Shown piece after piece: positions 22,257 to 31,607 of a stretch of DNA of 64,000 nt (the first letter of the stretch is position 1; each line of letters begins with the position of its first letter). This DNA comes from Candidatus Giovannonibacteria bacterium RIFOXYD1_FULL_48_21 (GTDB lineage: Bacteria; Patescibacteriota; Minisyncoccia; JACPKW01; UBA11713), in NCBI GenBank assembly GCA_001778985.1, contig MFIU01000001.1, positions 50,111 through 114,110 of the forward strand, in the 5' to 3' direction. The notes below the pieces were generated by a model that was not told the origin of the DNA, did not search any database, and saw only the letters and a program-made list of their open reading frames with translations. The position numbers and the translations under genes are program-made.

Positions 22257-23735
22257 CTACGCCACCCAGAATTTTTCTTTTAATTCTCGGTCGCGGCTGG
22301 CTTCGACTTCTTCCTTTTTCTCTTTGCCGGATTCGGCCAATTTTTTAAGTTCTGCTTCCGAAAGCTCTCCCAGCTCTTTAATTCTACCAATTAAATATTC
22401 TTTAGTATTTTTTTTCGGCTCTTGTAAAACCTCTTCCAAAAGGGCGGAGAGAGCCATGCCGACTTTCGGCCCCGGTCGAATCCTCAAAATTTTCATCACG
22501 TCATCGCCTTTGACCTTAAGCATACCGACCGAAATTGGGTCTTTCTGCACCTTCTCCACCATAAACTTGAAGTGGCGGAGTTTGTAGGGGACTGCCTTGG
22601 GCACGCCGGAGCCGATGCGGTCGGCCTCACGCACCCGAATTAAATCCTCAATCAAATCCGGCCCGACGTTTCTTAAAACTCTTCGGACAGAAGACTCGGT
22701 CACTTCGCCCACATTGTAGTAAAAAAGATGCCAGCGAACGAGGCGGATGACTTTTTCTGAAAAATCTTTGGGAAAGCGCAACCGCTCCAAAATTTTAGCG
22801 GACATCTTGGCGCCCAAAACGTCGTGGCCGTAGAAAGTGGAAAATTTGCCTTCGCCGCGCTTGGCGCGAGGTTTGGCGATATCGTGCAAAAGCGAGGCCA
22901 ATTTAACCTCAAAAGAATAGCCTTTTTTTACCGTATATTCCAGGGCTTTCAAATTATGCTCCCAGACCGTGAAAACATGGTGGAGGTTTTGCCCCACGCC
23001 GACCCCCTCCAAAAGTTCCGGCAAAAATTCTTTAAGAAGACCGGATTCCCGGAGGAATTCAATTCCTTCCGCCGCCCCTTCAGACATAATCAATTTCACA
23101 AACTCATCCCTGATTCTTTCTTTTGAAATAAATTTTAAAAGTCCGGCGTTTTTCTTAACCGCTTCGCGGGTGCGCTCTTCGATGGTAAAATCCAGTTCGG
23201 CGGAAAACCTGACGGCGCGCAGAAGCCGCAGGGCGTCTTCCTGAAAACGTTCGGCTGGCTCGCCGACCGCGCGAATGATTTTGTTTTTCAAATCCTCTTT
23301 GCCGCCAACGAGGTCGATGATTTGGAAGTCCGACTTCCTAGGGAAGTCGGACTTCCCTAGGGCCATCGCCAGAGCATTTATGGTAAAATCCCTGCGGCCG
23401 ATGTCGTCCGCGAGGCTTTGCGCAAACTCAATTTTATCCGGATGGCGCTTGTCTGAATATTTGGCTTCGAGGCGAAAGGGAGTAACTTCAACCACTTTCA
23501 AAGTTTCATCGTCCGAGCCGGTTTTAACGCCCACGGTTCCAAAATCATTTTCATAAAAACTATCTGGAAAAATTTTCTGGATTTCTTCGGGCTTTGCGTT
23601 CGTCGTTATATCCCAATCCTTCGGCTTTTCTCCGCGCAAAAAATCCCGCACGCATCCGCCCACGAGAAAGGCCTCAAAATTATTTTCCCGAAGTTTTTTT
23701 ATAACTTCAACGATTTCTTTTGGAATTTTTGTCAT
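22257..23735 (-). CDS. cca: CCA-adding enzyme / poly(A) polymerase family with a C-terminal HD domain
   Basis: GGCVRDFLRG..DWDITT nucleotidyltransferase head; HD motif in LLHDIAKP. Start moved to MTKIPKEI (23735) because the ORF-track start (23777) runs into tRNA-Arg. Confidence 0.85.
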   Translation of the reverse strand: MTKIPKEIVEVIKKLRENNFEAFLVGGCVRDFLRGEKPKDWDITTNAKPEEIQKIFPDSFYENDFGTVGVKTGSDDETLKVVEVTPFRLEAKYSDKRHPDKIEFAQSLADDIGRRDFTINALAMALGKSDFPRKSDFQIIDLVGGKEDLKNKIIRAVGEPAERFQEDALRLLRAVRFSAELDFTIEERTREAVKKNAGLLKFISKERIRDEFVKLIMSEGAAEGIEFLRESGLLKEFLPELLEGVGVGQNLHHVFTVWEHNLKALEYTVKKGYSFEVKLASLLHDIAKPRAKRGEGKFSTFYGHDVLGAKMSAKILERLRFPKDFSEKVIRLVRWHLFYYNVGEVTESSVRRVLRNVGPDLIEDLIRVREADRIGSGVPKAVPYKLRHFKFMVEKVQKDPISVGMLKVKGDDVMKILRIRPGPKVGMALSALLEEVLQEPKKNTKEYLIGRIKELGELSEAELKKLAESGKEKKEEVEASRDRELKEKFWVA

Positions 23736-23745
23736 ATCAAAGGTG

Positions 23746-23819
23746 CGCCCTCGCCCCGATTCGAACGGGGAATACATGGTCCGAAGCCATGCGTGATATC
23801 CGTTTCACCACGAGGGCAA
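23746..23819 (-). tRNA. tRNA-Arg (anticodon TCG)
   Basis: Manual fold: acceptor gccctcg/cgagggc; anticodon stem catgg/ccatg with loop cttcgga; T-arm ccccg-ttcgaat-cgggg; discriminator G. Confidence 0.8.
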
Positions 23820-23829
23820 CGAGGGAATT

Positions 23830-24186
23830 TTATAATTGGCTTGCGAAATTTTCAATGGCGAGCGAAATAGCATTGGCTCCCACCACCAGCAAGGCTCCAA
23901 TCACCGCCCAGAAAAAAGTGGTTTTGGCTTTTTTTAACTGCTCCTCGTCGCCCCGGGCCGAGACGAATAAAAATCCGGCGTAAATCATAAATACCACCAC
24001 TAGGGGCAATCCAATCTTAGCCGCAATATCAGCAATCTTTGCCATCAGGTCAGCGAAGGTAGAAGACTGAATTGGGTTACAAATTTCTACCGCCGGATTA
24101 CAGCCGATAATCGCAAGTGTAAAAACAGGAAGGAGGAAAATCAAAGAGGGGGTTAGAAACCGCAACAAATGAAAAATTGATTTCAT
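23830..24186 (-). CDS. Small secreted two-TM protein, possibly a TrbC/VirB2-like pilin
   Basis: 118 aa: signal peptide, then two hydrophobic helices separated by a short charged loop (SARGDEEQLKKAKT). Topology only; no sequence signature. Confidence 0.45.
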   Translation of the reverse strand: MKSIFHLLRFLTPSLIFLLPVFTLAIIGCNPAVEICNPIQSSTFADLMAKIADIAAKIGLPLVVVFMIYAGFLFVSARGDEEQLKKAKTTFFWAVIGALLVVGANAISLAIENFASQL

Positions 24187-24285
24187 GAGCTTGCTTAAAT
24201 TTTATCATTTTTCCGGAAACATAAAAGGGGCAGATGCGTTAAGCAGCCGCCCCTCCGTTGCAAAATCCAAGGTGCAAATAAGGTA

Positions 24286-25200
24286 CTACAGGGCTTCGAA
24301 AATGAACACTCCCTCCGCCTTAATCTTAATCTTGAAGATACTTGGGTGATAAACGGAGGGACGAGTGCCATGCTGACGATAATACCCCTCAACATCTACT
24401 AATTCGATGTTGGATTTCCCCCACCTTCTCTCTCTTTCGAGATAAAAGCTCGGAAAATCACAGGCCAGGCACTCCACCCGAGCCCTACCTTCCAGCAGCC
24501 TGATACCTATTGGCTGTAGAAGATATTCTTTTTCTTCCCCCGGGCTCATGAACACTATTACTCCTCGGGGAAGAGTAGGAAGGACGAGTTCACCACTCGG
24601 TGCCCCTGGTCCAGGTTTTCCGCTGCCATCACCCCACGCCTTAGCCAGTTCATCCTTGAGCTTTCTCTGGGCATAAGCGTCGGCTATCCAATCCCCATCT
24701 TCTACAAAACGGGTAACGGCTCGGGGAACGGCAGGAAACAAAGAGCTAAGTAGGGCATAAATGAATGTTGCGACAAAAAGTCTAATCACCCATTTTTTGC
24801 CGGTCTCGCCCTTTGTCCAGCCAGCTTGCCAGGTGAAGAAAAGAGCCGCGATGGAAAGATATAACAAGAACGCAATCTGGTCGCTGCCCTTTATAGCAAG
24901 TCCGGGATAGCGCCCGCTCAAAATTCCCAAGAACTCTATCAAGACAAGGCTAGCCAAGACCCCAAAAATGAGAGTCTTAACCGCCCTGTAAAGCTTCACA
25001 CCCCTGCCGCCCAGCTTTCTGAAGAACCCCTCGGCCTGCTCCTGGTTCAATAGATAGAAAAGGCCGAAGAAAAGCAGAAAAAACCAAATACTCGTTGAGC
25101 CGCCGAGGAAGAAGATCGCGATAAAGGTTAGAACTACGGACATCGTGAAGAGCCAGAAAATATCAGAAAACTCTAACACAAGTTCTTTTTTCTCGTTCAT
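24286..25200 (-). CDS. Hypothetical membrane protein (304 aa) with a C-terminal soluble domain
   Basis: About four N-terminal TM helices. Part of a three-gene operon with overlapping stops and starts (24286-26663). Confidence 0.6.
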   Translation of the reverse strand: MNEKKELVLEFSDIFWLFTMSVVLTFIAIFFLGGSTSIWFFLLFFGLFYLLNQEQAEGFFRKLGGRGVKLYRAVKTLIFGVLASLVLIEFLGILSGRYPGLAIKGSDQIAFLLYLSIAALFFTWQAGWTKGETGKKWVIRLFVATFIYALLSSLFPAVPRAVTRFVEDGDWIADAYAQRKLKDELAKAWGDGSGKPGPGAPSGELVLPTLPRGVIVFMSPGEEKEYLLQPIGIRLLEGRARVECLACDFPSFYLERERRWGKSNIELVDVEGYYRQHGTRPSVYHPSIFKIKIKAEGVFIFEAL

Positions 25201-25958
25201 CTTGGACCTCCTTTTCCTAAGTGGGTACCGATGCCGGTTACAAGATCAATGAAGTCGACAAAGGTATCCAGAATCTGAACCCAGTTCCTTCTCGCGCCTG
25301 TTGGAACCGCTACTGGCGTGGCTTGCCGCCGTTCATCCCTCTCTCTCCGTTTTTGCTCAATCCACTCGCCGAATTCCTCTCTTCTGGCCGCCACTCCATA
25401 GAACAAGAGGGTCGGCAAGTAGAGTAAAACAAGAATAAACCAATGACTCCAGGAACGTAGCCCATAGAAGTTGCGTCTTTTTTCCGCCCTTTCCAGAGCT
25501 TCCTTCCTGACAGGTTTATTCCACCCGATAACGTTTCCTGCGCCGTCAAGCTGCCAATGTTTCAACAGCTTATCAGAAAATGTCGCAAGAACATTCTGAG
25601 AGCGCAGGGTTATCTCAGATGATTGAAGAGGTCGGACTTTATTGATAAATCCTTCCTCAACGCCGCGGACCAGGGGTTGCCCCCAGCCTACAAAGAGACA
25701 AAAGACAAAGAATGTGAAGGTGAGACCGGCCAGCCAGCACCAGCGCCTTTCGTTGGTTTCAAAGAAGCGCCGGTAGTCCGGATGGGCTGATATAGTCCGA
25801 GAAAAGGAGATAAGAACGGTTGAAAGCCACGCGAGATACGCGATGATCATCAACCAGGCAAGATTCTCTCCAGCTGGGTTTTTGGAAAACCACCAGAAGA
25901 GAATTAACACCGCCGCCACCGCCAGTAAAACGCTACAAACAAACATTCGTCTCGACAT
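25197..25958 (-). CDS. Hypothetical membrane protein (253 aa)
   Basis: Four predicted TM helices and a basic, charged C-terminus. Start/stop overlap with neighbouring genes. Confidence 0.6.
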   Translation of the reverse strand: MSRRMFVCSVLLAVAAVLILFWWFSKNPAGENLAWLMIIAYLAWLSTVLISFSRTISAHPDYRRFFETNERRWCWLAGLTFTFFVFCLFVGWGQPLVRGVEEGFINKVRPLQSSEITLRSQNVLATFSDKLLKHWQLDGAGNVIGWNKPVRKEALERAEKRRNFYGLRSWSHWFILVLLYLPTLLFYGVAARREEFGEWIEQKRRERDERRQATPVAVPTGARRNWVQILDTFVDFIDLVTGIGTHLGKGGPR

Positions 25959-25967
25959 AATGCCTCC

Positions 25968-26663
25968 TTACTGTCCGAAATAGATAGCACCTATGATAAG
26001 AAGCAGAAATATCAAAGCTCCAGATAACCAGAGCAATTTCTGCTCCAACGACATCGCGGGTATGGGCGTCAGGGGTTCTTTGATAACAAGCTCCTGCTCG
26101 CAATCGAGTTTCTCGAGCTTCACTTTCACTTTCGCCCGCCGAAAACCTTTCGGTAAACAGACCTCAAAGACATCCCTTCCTGATATATCCGCTCTCCGGG
26201 GGGATTCCCTGAAATCTCCATCCCATACAGCGGTATAAACATAATCCGCCTCAACACCGCACCCTTTCTCGTCCCGCACCTCTACCCCAACTAAAACCTC
26301 CCATTCCCAGCTACTTTTTTCGCTTATCGCATCTCGACGGAGCTCCATCTTTGGTTTTGGATAAGGCAAGCTTACCTCCAAAATATGGTTCCGGATCGGA
26401 GTGCCGTCCACATCCACTGAGATAATCGGCGGCGGGACAAGCGACACATCCTCAAGAATGGTAGAGACGCTACCATTTCCCAGAACTTCGGCGGTTTTGG
26501 AGAGATTCTTGTTTATAAAGAACCTAACCGCCCGTCCCGGACGCGCGAGTCGCGAACCGAAATAAGGAATAAGAATAAGACCGAGATTGGCAGTGGTCAA
26601 AGTCACGGGACTTACTTTTTGGTCCTTCAAAACTATCCTGAACCCACTTTCGTTGTCTGCCAT
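25968..26663 (-). CDS. Hypothetical tail-anchored protein (231 aa): soluble N-terminal domain with a single C-terminal TM helix
   Basis: C-terminal LLWLSGALIFLLLIIGAIYFGQ. First gene of the minus-strand operon. Confidence 0.6.
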   Translation of the reverse strand: MADNESGFRIVLKDQKVSPVTLTTANLGLILIPYFGSRLARPGRAVRFFINKNLSKTAEVLGNGSVSTILEDVSLVPPPIISVDVDGTPIRNHILEVSLPYPKPKMELRRDAISEKSSWEWEVLVGVEVRDEKGCGVEADYVYTAVWDGDFRESPRRADISGRDVFEVCLPKGFRRAKVKVKLEKLDCEQELVIKEPLTPIPAMSLEQKLLWLSGALIFLLLIIGAIYFGQ

Positions 26664-26749
26664 AAACTCACCTTCCTTTCTTTCTGGTTTGTTTTGTGCC
26701 TTTATTTAGCCTTTAAATTGTCAATGATTTGTTCAAAATTATAGCTGAT

Positions 26750-26778
26750 TTGACATAAAAAGTCAAGGATGATATATT
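26750..26778 (+). promoter_or_regulatory. Sigma70-like promoter TTGACA-N17-TATATT driving the 26785 gene, nearly leaderless, with an overlapping inverted repeat TTGAC-N7-GTCAA
   Basis: -35 at 26750-26755 and -10 at 26773-26778 read directly. ATG at 26785. Palindrome ttgacataaaaagtcaa. Confidence 0.5.
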
Positions 26779-26784
26779 TATAGA

Positions 26785-27054
26785 ATGTTGCCCGCATCTT
26801 TAAGGCCTCTTTTTTGGTCTTACGAGTTTGAAAAGCTTAACTTGGAAAAGGATGGACCTCTTATTATCCGACAAGTCATAAATTACGGGAGGTGGGAAGA
26901 TTGGAAGTGGCTTTTAAAAAATTACGGCAGGGGAAAAGTCAAAAAAACCATTCAAGCCACGCCGGCTTCCGGTTTCCGGCCCCAAGCCCTGAAACTCATT
27001 ACCCTTCTCCTAGGAGCGGCGGAACCAAAATATGCATCCAGAAGCACTCGCTGA
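26785..27054 (+). CDS. Small protein encoded upstream of, and overlapping, the nucleotidyltransferase gene. Candidate antitoxin-like partner.
   Basis: 89 aa. 23-nt overlap with the downstream gene. No recognised fold. Confidence 0.45.
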   Translation: MLPASLRPLFWSYEFEKLNLEKDGPLIIRQVINYGRWEDWKWLLKNYGRGKVKKTIQATPASGFRPQALKLITLLLGAAEPKYASRSTR

Positions 27055-27649
27055 AAGCGCGCGAATTCTCCTGCCTCGCCTGGGCGGAATAGATAATTTT
27101 TACCTGGCTGGAGGGAGTGCGTTAGCGCTTCAAATCGGGCACCGCCTTTCAGAGGATTTAGATTTTTTTTCTGACAGCAAAATTAAAAAAACCCTGCTCC
27201 CGAAAATTGAGAAAATTCTTGAAGGAGGGACGGCGAGAACGGGGGTGAACAACTCCGGGGAACTTACTTTGGTGTCAGGTTCAATAAAAATTACGTTTCT
27301 CCATTATCCTTTCCCCCTTCTTTTCCCATTACTAAATTACAAAGGAATCCGTTTGGCAAACATCAGAGAAATTGCCTGCATGAAGGCCTACACGATTGGA
27401 AGGCGCGGGAGCTTCAAGGACTACGTGGACATTTATTTCGTACTCAAAGAAGGGCTTGAAAAGATTGAGAACATCATTGCCGATGCCCGGAGAAAATATA
27501 CCGAAGCGTTTGACGCCAGGCTTTTTTTGGAACAACTTCTTTATCTCGAAGATATCCAGGATATGGAAATAAAGTTTCTAAAAAGCCGCATTGGGAGAGA
27601 AGAGATAAAAAATTTTTTCCAGAAAAAGATTAAAGCGATAAAGCTCTAG
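27032..27649 (+). CDS. Possible nucleotidyltransferase of the AbiEii/DUF1814-like toxin family
   Basis: Glycine-rich NTase-like head LAGGSALALQIGHRLSEDLDFF. 205 aa. Paired with an overlapping small upstream ORF. Confidence 0.55.
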   Translation: MHPEALAESARILLPRLGGIDNFYLAGGSALALQIGHRLSEDLDFFSDSKIKKTLLPKIEKILEGGTARTGVNNSGELTLVSGSIKITFLHYPFPLLFPLLNYKGIRLANIREIACMKAYTIGRRGSFKDYVDIYFVLKEGLEKIENIIADARRKYTEAFDARLFLEQLLYLEDIQDMEIKFLKSRIGREEIKNFFQKKIKAIKL

Positions 27650-27651
27650 AG

Positions 27652-28524
27652 TCAACCCTTCCGTCTTCTCGCATGAAACGCTCTATGGACCTCGCGCAAG
27701 GAGCGGTCAGTTACATGCGTATAAATCTGGGTGGTGGTGATGCTGGAATGCCCCAAAAGCGCCTGCACCGAACGCAAATCCGCTCCGTTTATAAGTAAAT
27801 CGGTCGCGAACATGTGGCGCAGGACATGCGGTGTCACTTTTTTCGAAATCCCGGCCTTGGCCGCGTAATATTTAAGGAGCCGCTCCACGGAACGGGGAGT
27901 GATGGGAAAAAGTTTTTCGGAAATATCCTCGCGTTTCTCCAAATATTCCTTGAGCGCTTTTTTGGCTCGGGACGACAAGAAAACCACCCTCACTTTCTCG
28001 CCCTTGCCCCTGACGGAAAATTCTTCTTTGTTCAAATCTACCGAATCTCTATCCAGTCCCGCGAGTTCCGAAACCCGGAGCCCGGTCGAAAATAAAAGCT
28101 CCACAATCGCGCGGTCCCGTAAAATTTTCAAATCGCCTCCCTCCGGAGCTTTCAGCAATCTTTCCAGCTCCTCGACTGAAATCAAATCCAAATCGCGCTC
28201 CGGCGCTTTGGCGAGTAAAATTCTCTCGGCCGACATACTCTCGACTCCGCGCCAAGCCAAGTACTTCAAAAAATTTCGAAGCGCGATTAAATGGTAGTTC
28301 TGGGTTCGCTTCTTAAAATTCTCGCGGTTCAAAAAAAGGCGAAAGCGCCTGACCAGCTCGTCGTTAATCGCGGCCGGCGAGGAAATGTTGGCAAAGCCGA
28401 AGAATTTTTTAAGGTAGCGGTCGTAATTTTCCACGGTTTTGAGCGAACGCCCCCGTTCGATTTCAAGGTATTCCAAAAATTGCCGGTGAAGCTCCTTTAA
28501 CTGCATAATTATATTTTGCGACAT
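27652..28524 (-). CDS. xerC: Tyrosine site-specific recombinase, XerC/XerD family
   Basis: C-terminal catalytic region HVLRHMFATDLLINGADLRSVQALLGHSSITTTQIYTHV, with R..HxxR..Y. Confidence 0.85.
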   Translation of the reverse strand: MSQNIIMQLKELHRQFLEYLEIERGRSLKTVENYDRYLKKFFGFANISSPAAINDELVRRFRLFLNRENFKKRTQNYHLIALRNFLKYLAWRGVESMSAERILLAKAPERDLDLISVEELERLLKAPEGGDLKILRDRAIVELLFSTGLRVSELAGLDRDSVDLNKEEFSVRGKGEKVRVVFLSSRAKKALKEYLEKREDISEKLFPITPRSVERLLKYYAAKAGISKKVTPHVLRHMFATDLLINGADLRSVQALLGHSSITTTQIYTHVTDRSLREVHRAFHARRRKG

Positions 28525-28568
28525 TGCCTAGAGTTGTCAAAGTCTAAAAATTATGCTATTCTTAAAAC

Positions 28569-28844
28569 ATGCTTAAAACCAAAGAAAAGCAGAAAGTTAT
28601 AGAGAAATTTAAAATCCACGAAAAAGACACCGGCTCCTCCCAGGTGCAGGCGGCGCTTTTGAGTGAAGAAATCAAACGTCTGACCGAGCATCTAAAAACC
28701 CACCGCAAGGACAAACATTCCCGCCGGGGCCTTTTGCAGATGGTTTCAAAAAGAAAAACTCTTCTGGATTATCTTTCGCGCCAAGACCCCAAGGCTTACG
28801 TCGAGGTGGCCAAGAAAGTCGGGCTTAAGGCCAAGGCATTATAA
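28569..28844 (+). CDS. rpsO: 30S ribosomal protein S15
   Basis: 91 aa (GSSQVQAALLSEEIKRLTEHLKTHRKDKHSRRGLLQMVSKR). TTGTCA-N17-TATTCT upstream. Confidence 0.95.
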   Translation: MLKTKEKQKVIEKFKIHEKDTGSSQVQAALLSEEIKRLTEHLKTHRKDKHSRRGLLQMVSKRKTLLDYLSRQDPKAYVEVAKKVGLKAKAL

Positions 28845-29350
28845 TGAACATCATCAAACATAAAAATCAGCGGGTCGCGGTTTTCATTGACGCCCAGAAT
28901 ATGTATCACTCGGCTAAAAGCCTTTTTCAGGGCCGGGTGAATTTCAAGGAGCTTTTGAAAACCGCCGTAGCCGGGCGGCAGCTTATTCGGGCCTTCGGAT
29001 ACGTTATCCGCACCAAAACCGGAGAGGAAAAGCCGTTTATTGACGCGCTTTTGAATCTAGGCATCGAGAGCCGGGAGAAAGATTTGCAGGAATTTTTCGG
29101 CGGAGCCAAAAAAGCTGACTGGGACGTCGGGATTGCGGTAGACGCGATCAGAACAGCCGAGATCGTGGACGCAATCGTCATCGCTTCGGGAGACGGCGAT
29201 TTCATTCCGCTCGTGGAATATTTAAAAAACCAGGGGAGGAGGGTGGAGGTGATGGCGTTCGGCCCTTCGGCTTCGGGCAAGCTCCGGGAAATTACGGACG
29301 AGTTCATTGACCTTGCCGAAGACCCCGGCAGGTATATACTAAAAAGGTAG
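28844..29350 (+). CDS. NYN/LabA-like (DUF88) domain protein
   Basis: VAVFIDAQNM, DVGIAVDAI and ASGDGDFIPLV: the acidic residues of a PIN-like NYN nuclease fold. Confidence 0.75.
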   Translation: MNIIKHKNQRVAVFIDAQNMYHSAKSLFQGRVNFKELLKTAVAGRQLIRAFGYVIRTKTGEEKPFIDALLNLGIESREKDLQEFFGGAKKADWDVGIAVDAIRTAEIVDAIVIASGDGDFIPLVEYLKNQGRRVEVMAFGPSASGKLREITDEFIDLAEDPGRYILKR

Positions 29351-29369
29351 CTATTATAAATTTTAAGGG

Positions 29370-29427
29370 GTGGTCTTTGGATAGGTAGTCCCTGAGCTTG
29401 TCGAAGGGCCTAAAATCTGGAGATCAC
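29370..29427 (+). promoter_or_regulatory. Structured leader element upstream of pnp. A 7-bp closing stem (GTGGTCT/AGATCAC) encloses about 45 nt that include the 15-mer CTGAGCTTGTCGAAG.
   Basis: Pairing read directly (29370-29376 with 29421-29427). The 15-mer is at 29392-29406. Confidence 0.4.
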
Positions 29428-29444
29428 CATCAAGATATAAAAAA

Positions 29445-31607
29445 ATGGTGACAAAAAAATATACGACTGATTTCGGCGGGAAGACTCTTTCCGTCGAATT
29501 TCCGGACCTCGCCGAGCAGGCCCACGGCTCGGCTTTGGTTCGCCTGGGCGACACCGTGATTCTCGCGACCGCGGTTATGTCTCAAAATATCCGCGAGGGA
29601 ATTGATTATTTTCCTTTGACGGTGGATTACGAAGAGCGTTTTTACGCCGCCGGGAGAATTTTGGGCTCGCGCTTTATCAGGCGCGAGGGACGCCCGTCCG
29701 AAGAGGCGATTTTAATTTCGCGCCTGATTGACCGCGGGCTAAGGCCTCTTTTCAACCACAAAATCAGAAACGAGGTTCAGGTGGTGGCTCTGGCTCTTTC
29801 TTTTGACGGCGAAAACGAGCCGGATATTCCGGCCATTCTCGCGGCCTCACTGGCCTTGGGAACTTCTTCCGTCCCTTGGTCAGGCCCGATCGGCGCTTTA
29901 AGAATAGGAAGAGTCAACGGCGAATTCGTTTTGAATCCGCTCCGCTCGGAGCTTGAAAAATCAGATTTGGACCTGGTCCTCTGCGGCAAGGATGGAAAAA
30001 TAAATATGGCGGAGGCCGGCGCCAAAGAAGTTCCGGAAGAAGAAATACTGAAAGCTCTCGAGTTTAGCCAGAAAAAACTTGAGAAAATCGAAATCTTCCA
30101 AAAAGAAGTTATCCGCGAGCTCGGCCAAGAGAAAGTGATGCCGCCCTTGAAAGAGGAGCCGGAAAAACTCGCTGAAATTTTTGAGAAAAATTTCCGTTCG
30201 CGCCTGGAGGAAACTTTGTATCTCAAGGAAAAGAAAGTCCGAAATCAAACTCTGTTCAAGCTAAAAGAAGAGTGGGACGAGAAAGTTACAAAAGAAGTCG
30301 GAGAAGAATTCAAAGAAGTTCTAAATAGATTTTGGGAAGAAAAAATCGATGAAATCGTCCACAAAAATATTTTGGAGAAAGAACTGCGTCCGGACGGCCG
30401 GGGACTTAAAGAACTCCGTCCGCTCTGGGCCGGAGTAGGAATTTTGCCCAGAATCCACGGCTCCGGACTTTTCTACCGCGGGGAAACTCACGTGCTCTCG
30501 CTCGCGACCTTGGGCGGCCCGGGCGACACCCAGCTCGTGGAAGGGATGAGCATTCGCGCCAAAAAACGCTTCATGCACCACTATAATTTTCCGCCTTTCG
30601 CTCCGGGTGAAACCGGGCGCATGGGAAATCCCGGGCGGCGCGAGATCGGGCACGGGGCGCTCGCGGAACGCTCGCTTTTGCCGATACTGCCGGGGATTTC
30701 CGAATTCCCTTATACGATTCGGGTGGTTTCTGAAGTTCTTTCCTCGAACGGCTCCACTTCCATGGCTTCAGCCTGCGCTTCGACTTTAGCGCTGATGGAT
30801 GCCGGCGTTCCGATAAAACGGCCGGTGGCCGGAATCGCCATGGGACTGGTCATGGAAAATCCGAAATCCGAAATCCGAAATCCGAAATTTAAAGTGCTGA
30901 CCGATATCCAAGGTCCGGAGGACCATTACGGCGATATGGACTTTAAATCCGCCGGAACCTCCCAGGGCGTTAGCGCGATTCAGATGGACGTAAAAGTTTT
31001 GGGAGTAACGCTTGAAATTTTGCGCCAAACTCTCGCCGACGCCAAAGCCGCCCGCGAGAAAATCTTGGCCGTTATGCTCTCGGCCCTACCCGCGCCTCGC
31101 GCCGAGCTCTCCCAATACGCTCCGCGAATCTTGACGCTTAAAATAAATCCGGAGAAAATCCGCGAGCTCATCGGCCCGGGCGGAAAAATGATTAACGCCA
31201 TCATCGCCGAGACCGGGGCCACGATAGACGTGGAACAGGACGGCACCGTCTTCGTCACCGGTTCCAAGGAAGCTTCGGAAAAAGCTTTGGAAAAAATAAA
31301 AGAAGTCACGCACGAATACCAAGTGGGGGAGACTTTCGAAGGTACTATTTCCAGAATTTTTGATTTCGGAGCCATGGTGGAATTCGCGCCCAAGCAGGAA
31401 GGCTTGGTGCATATCTCCGAGCTTGCGCCCTGGCACGTGAAAAACGTTACGGACGTGGTGGATATAGGCGACCGGGTTAAAGTCAAGATAAAAAGCATCG
31501 ACGAGCTGGGGCGCATCAATCTTTCCATCAAAGAGGTGGCAAGTCTTGAACCTAAAAAGCAGGCGGCAAAACCGGCAACATGGAGCCCCAAGCATCAGAG
31601 CCGCTGA
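29445..31607 (+). CDS. pnp: Polyribonucleotide nucleotidyltransferase (PNPase)
   Basis: Two RNase PH domains, a KH domain (IRELIGPGGKMINAII) and a C-terminal S1 domain. Contains an in-frame (AAATCCG)x4 tandem repeat at 30857-30888. Confidence 0.95.
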   Translation: MVTKKYTTDFGGKTLSVEFPDLAEQAHGSALVRLGDTVILATAVMSQNIREGIDYFPLTVDYEERFYAAGRILGSRFIRREGRPSEEAILISRLIDRGLRPLFNHKIRNEVQVVALALSFDGENEPDIPAILAASLALGTSSVPWSGPIGALRIGRVNGEFVLNPLRSELEKSDLDLVLCGKDGKINMAEAGAKEVPEEEILKALEFSQKKLEKIEIFQKEVIRELGQEKVMPPLKEEPEKLAEIFEKNFRSRLEETLYLKEKKVRNQTLFKLKEEWDEKVTKEVGEEFKEVLNRFWEEKIDEIVHKNILEKELRPDGRGLKELRPLWAGVGILPRIHGSGLFYRGETHVLSLATLGGPGDTQLVEGMSIRAKKRFMHHYNFPPFAPGETGRMGNPGRREIGHGALAERSLLPILPGISEFPYTIRVVSEVLSSNGSTSMASACASTLALMDAGVPIKRPVAGIAMGLVMENPKSEIRNPKFKVLTDIQGPEDHYGDMDFKSAGTSQGVSAIQMDVKVLGVTLEILRQTLADAKAAREKILAVMLSALPAPRAELSQYAPRILTLKINPEKIRELIGPGGKMINAIIAETGATIDVEQDGTVFVTGSKEASEKALEKIKEVTHEYQVGETFEGTISRIFDFGAMVEFAPKQEGLVHISELAPWHVKNVTDVVDIGDRVKVKIKSIDELGRINLSIKEVASLEPKKQAAKPATWSPKHQSR

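Noticed and set aside
22257-23777. ORF-track start of the CCA enzyme at 23777 (MYSPFESGRGRTFD...)
   Set aside because: The first 14 codons overlap tRNA-Arg(TCG) at 23746-23819. The conserved N-terminus begins at MTKIPKEI, so the start was reset to 23735.
23746-28568. An integrative element with att repeats derived from tRNA-Arg
   Set aside because: No direct repeat of the tRNA-Arg 3' end was found near the recombinase side (28525-28568). The recombinase has the XerC/XerD chromosomal dimer-resolution signature rather than a phage-integrase one. Reported only as a possible island.
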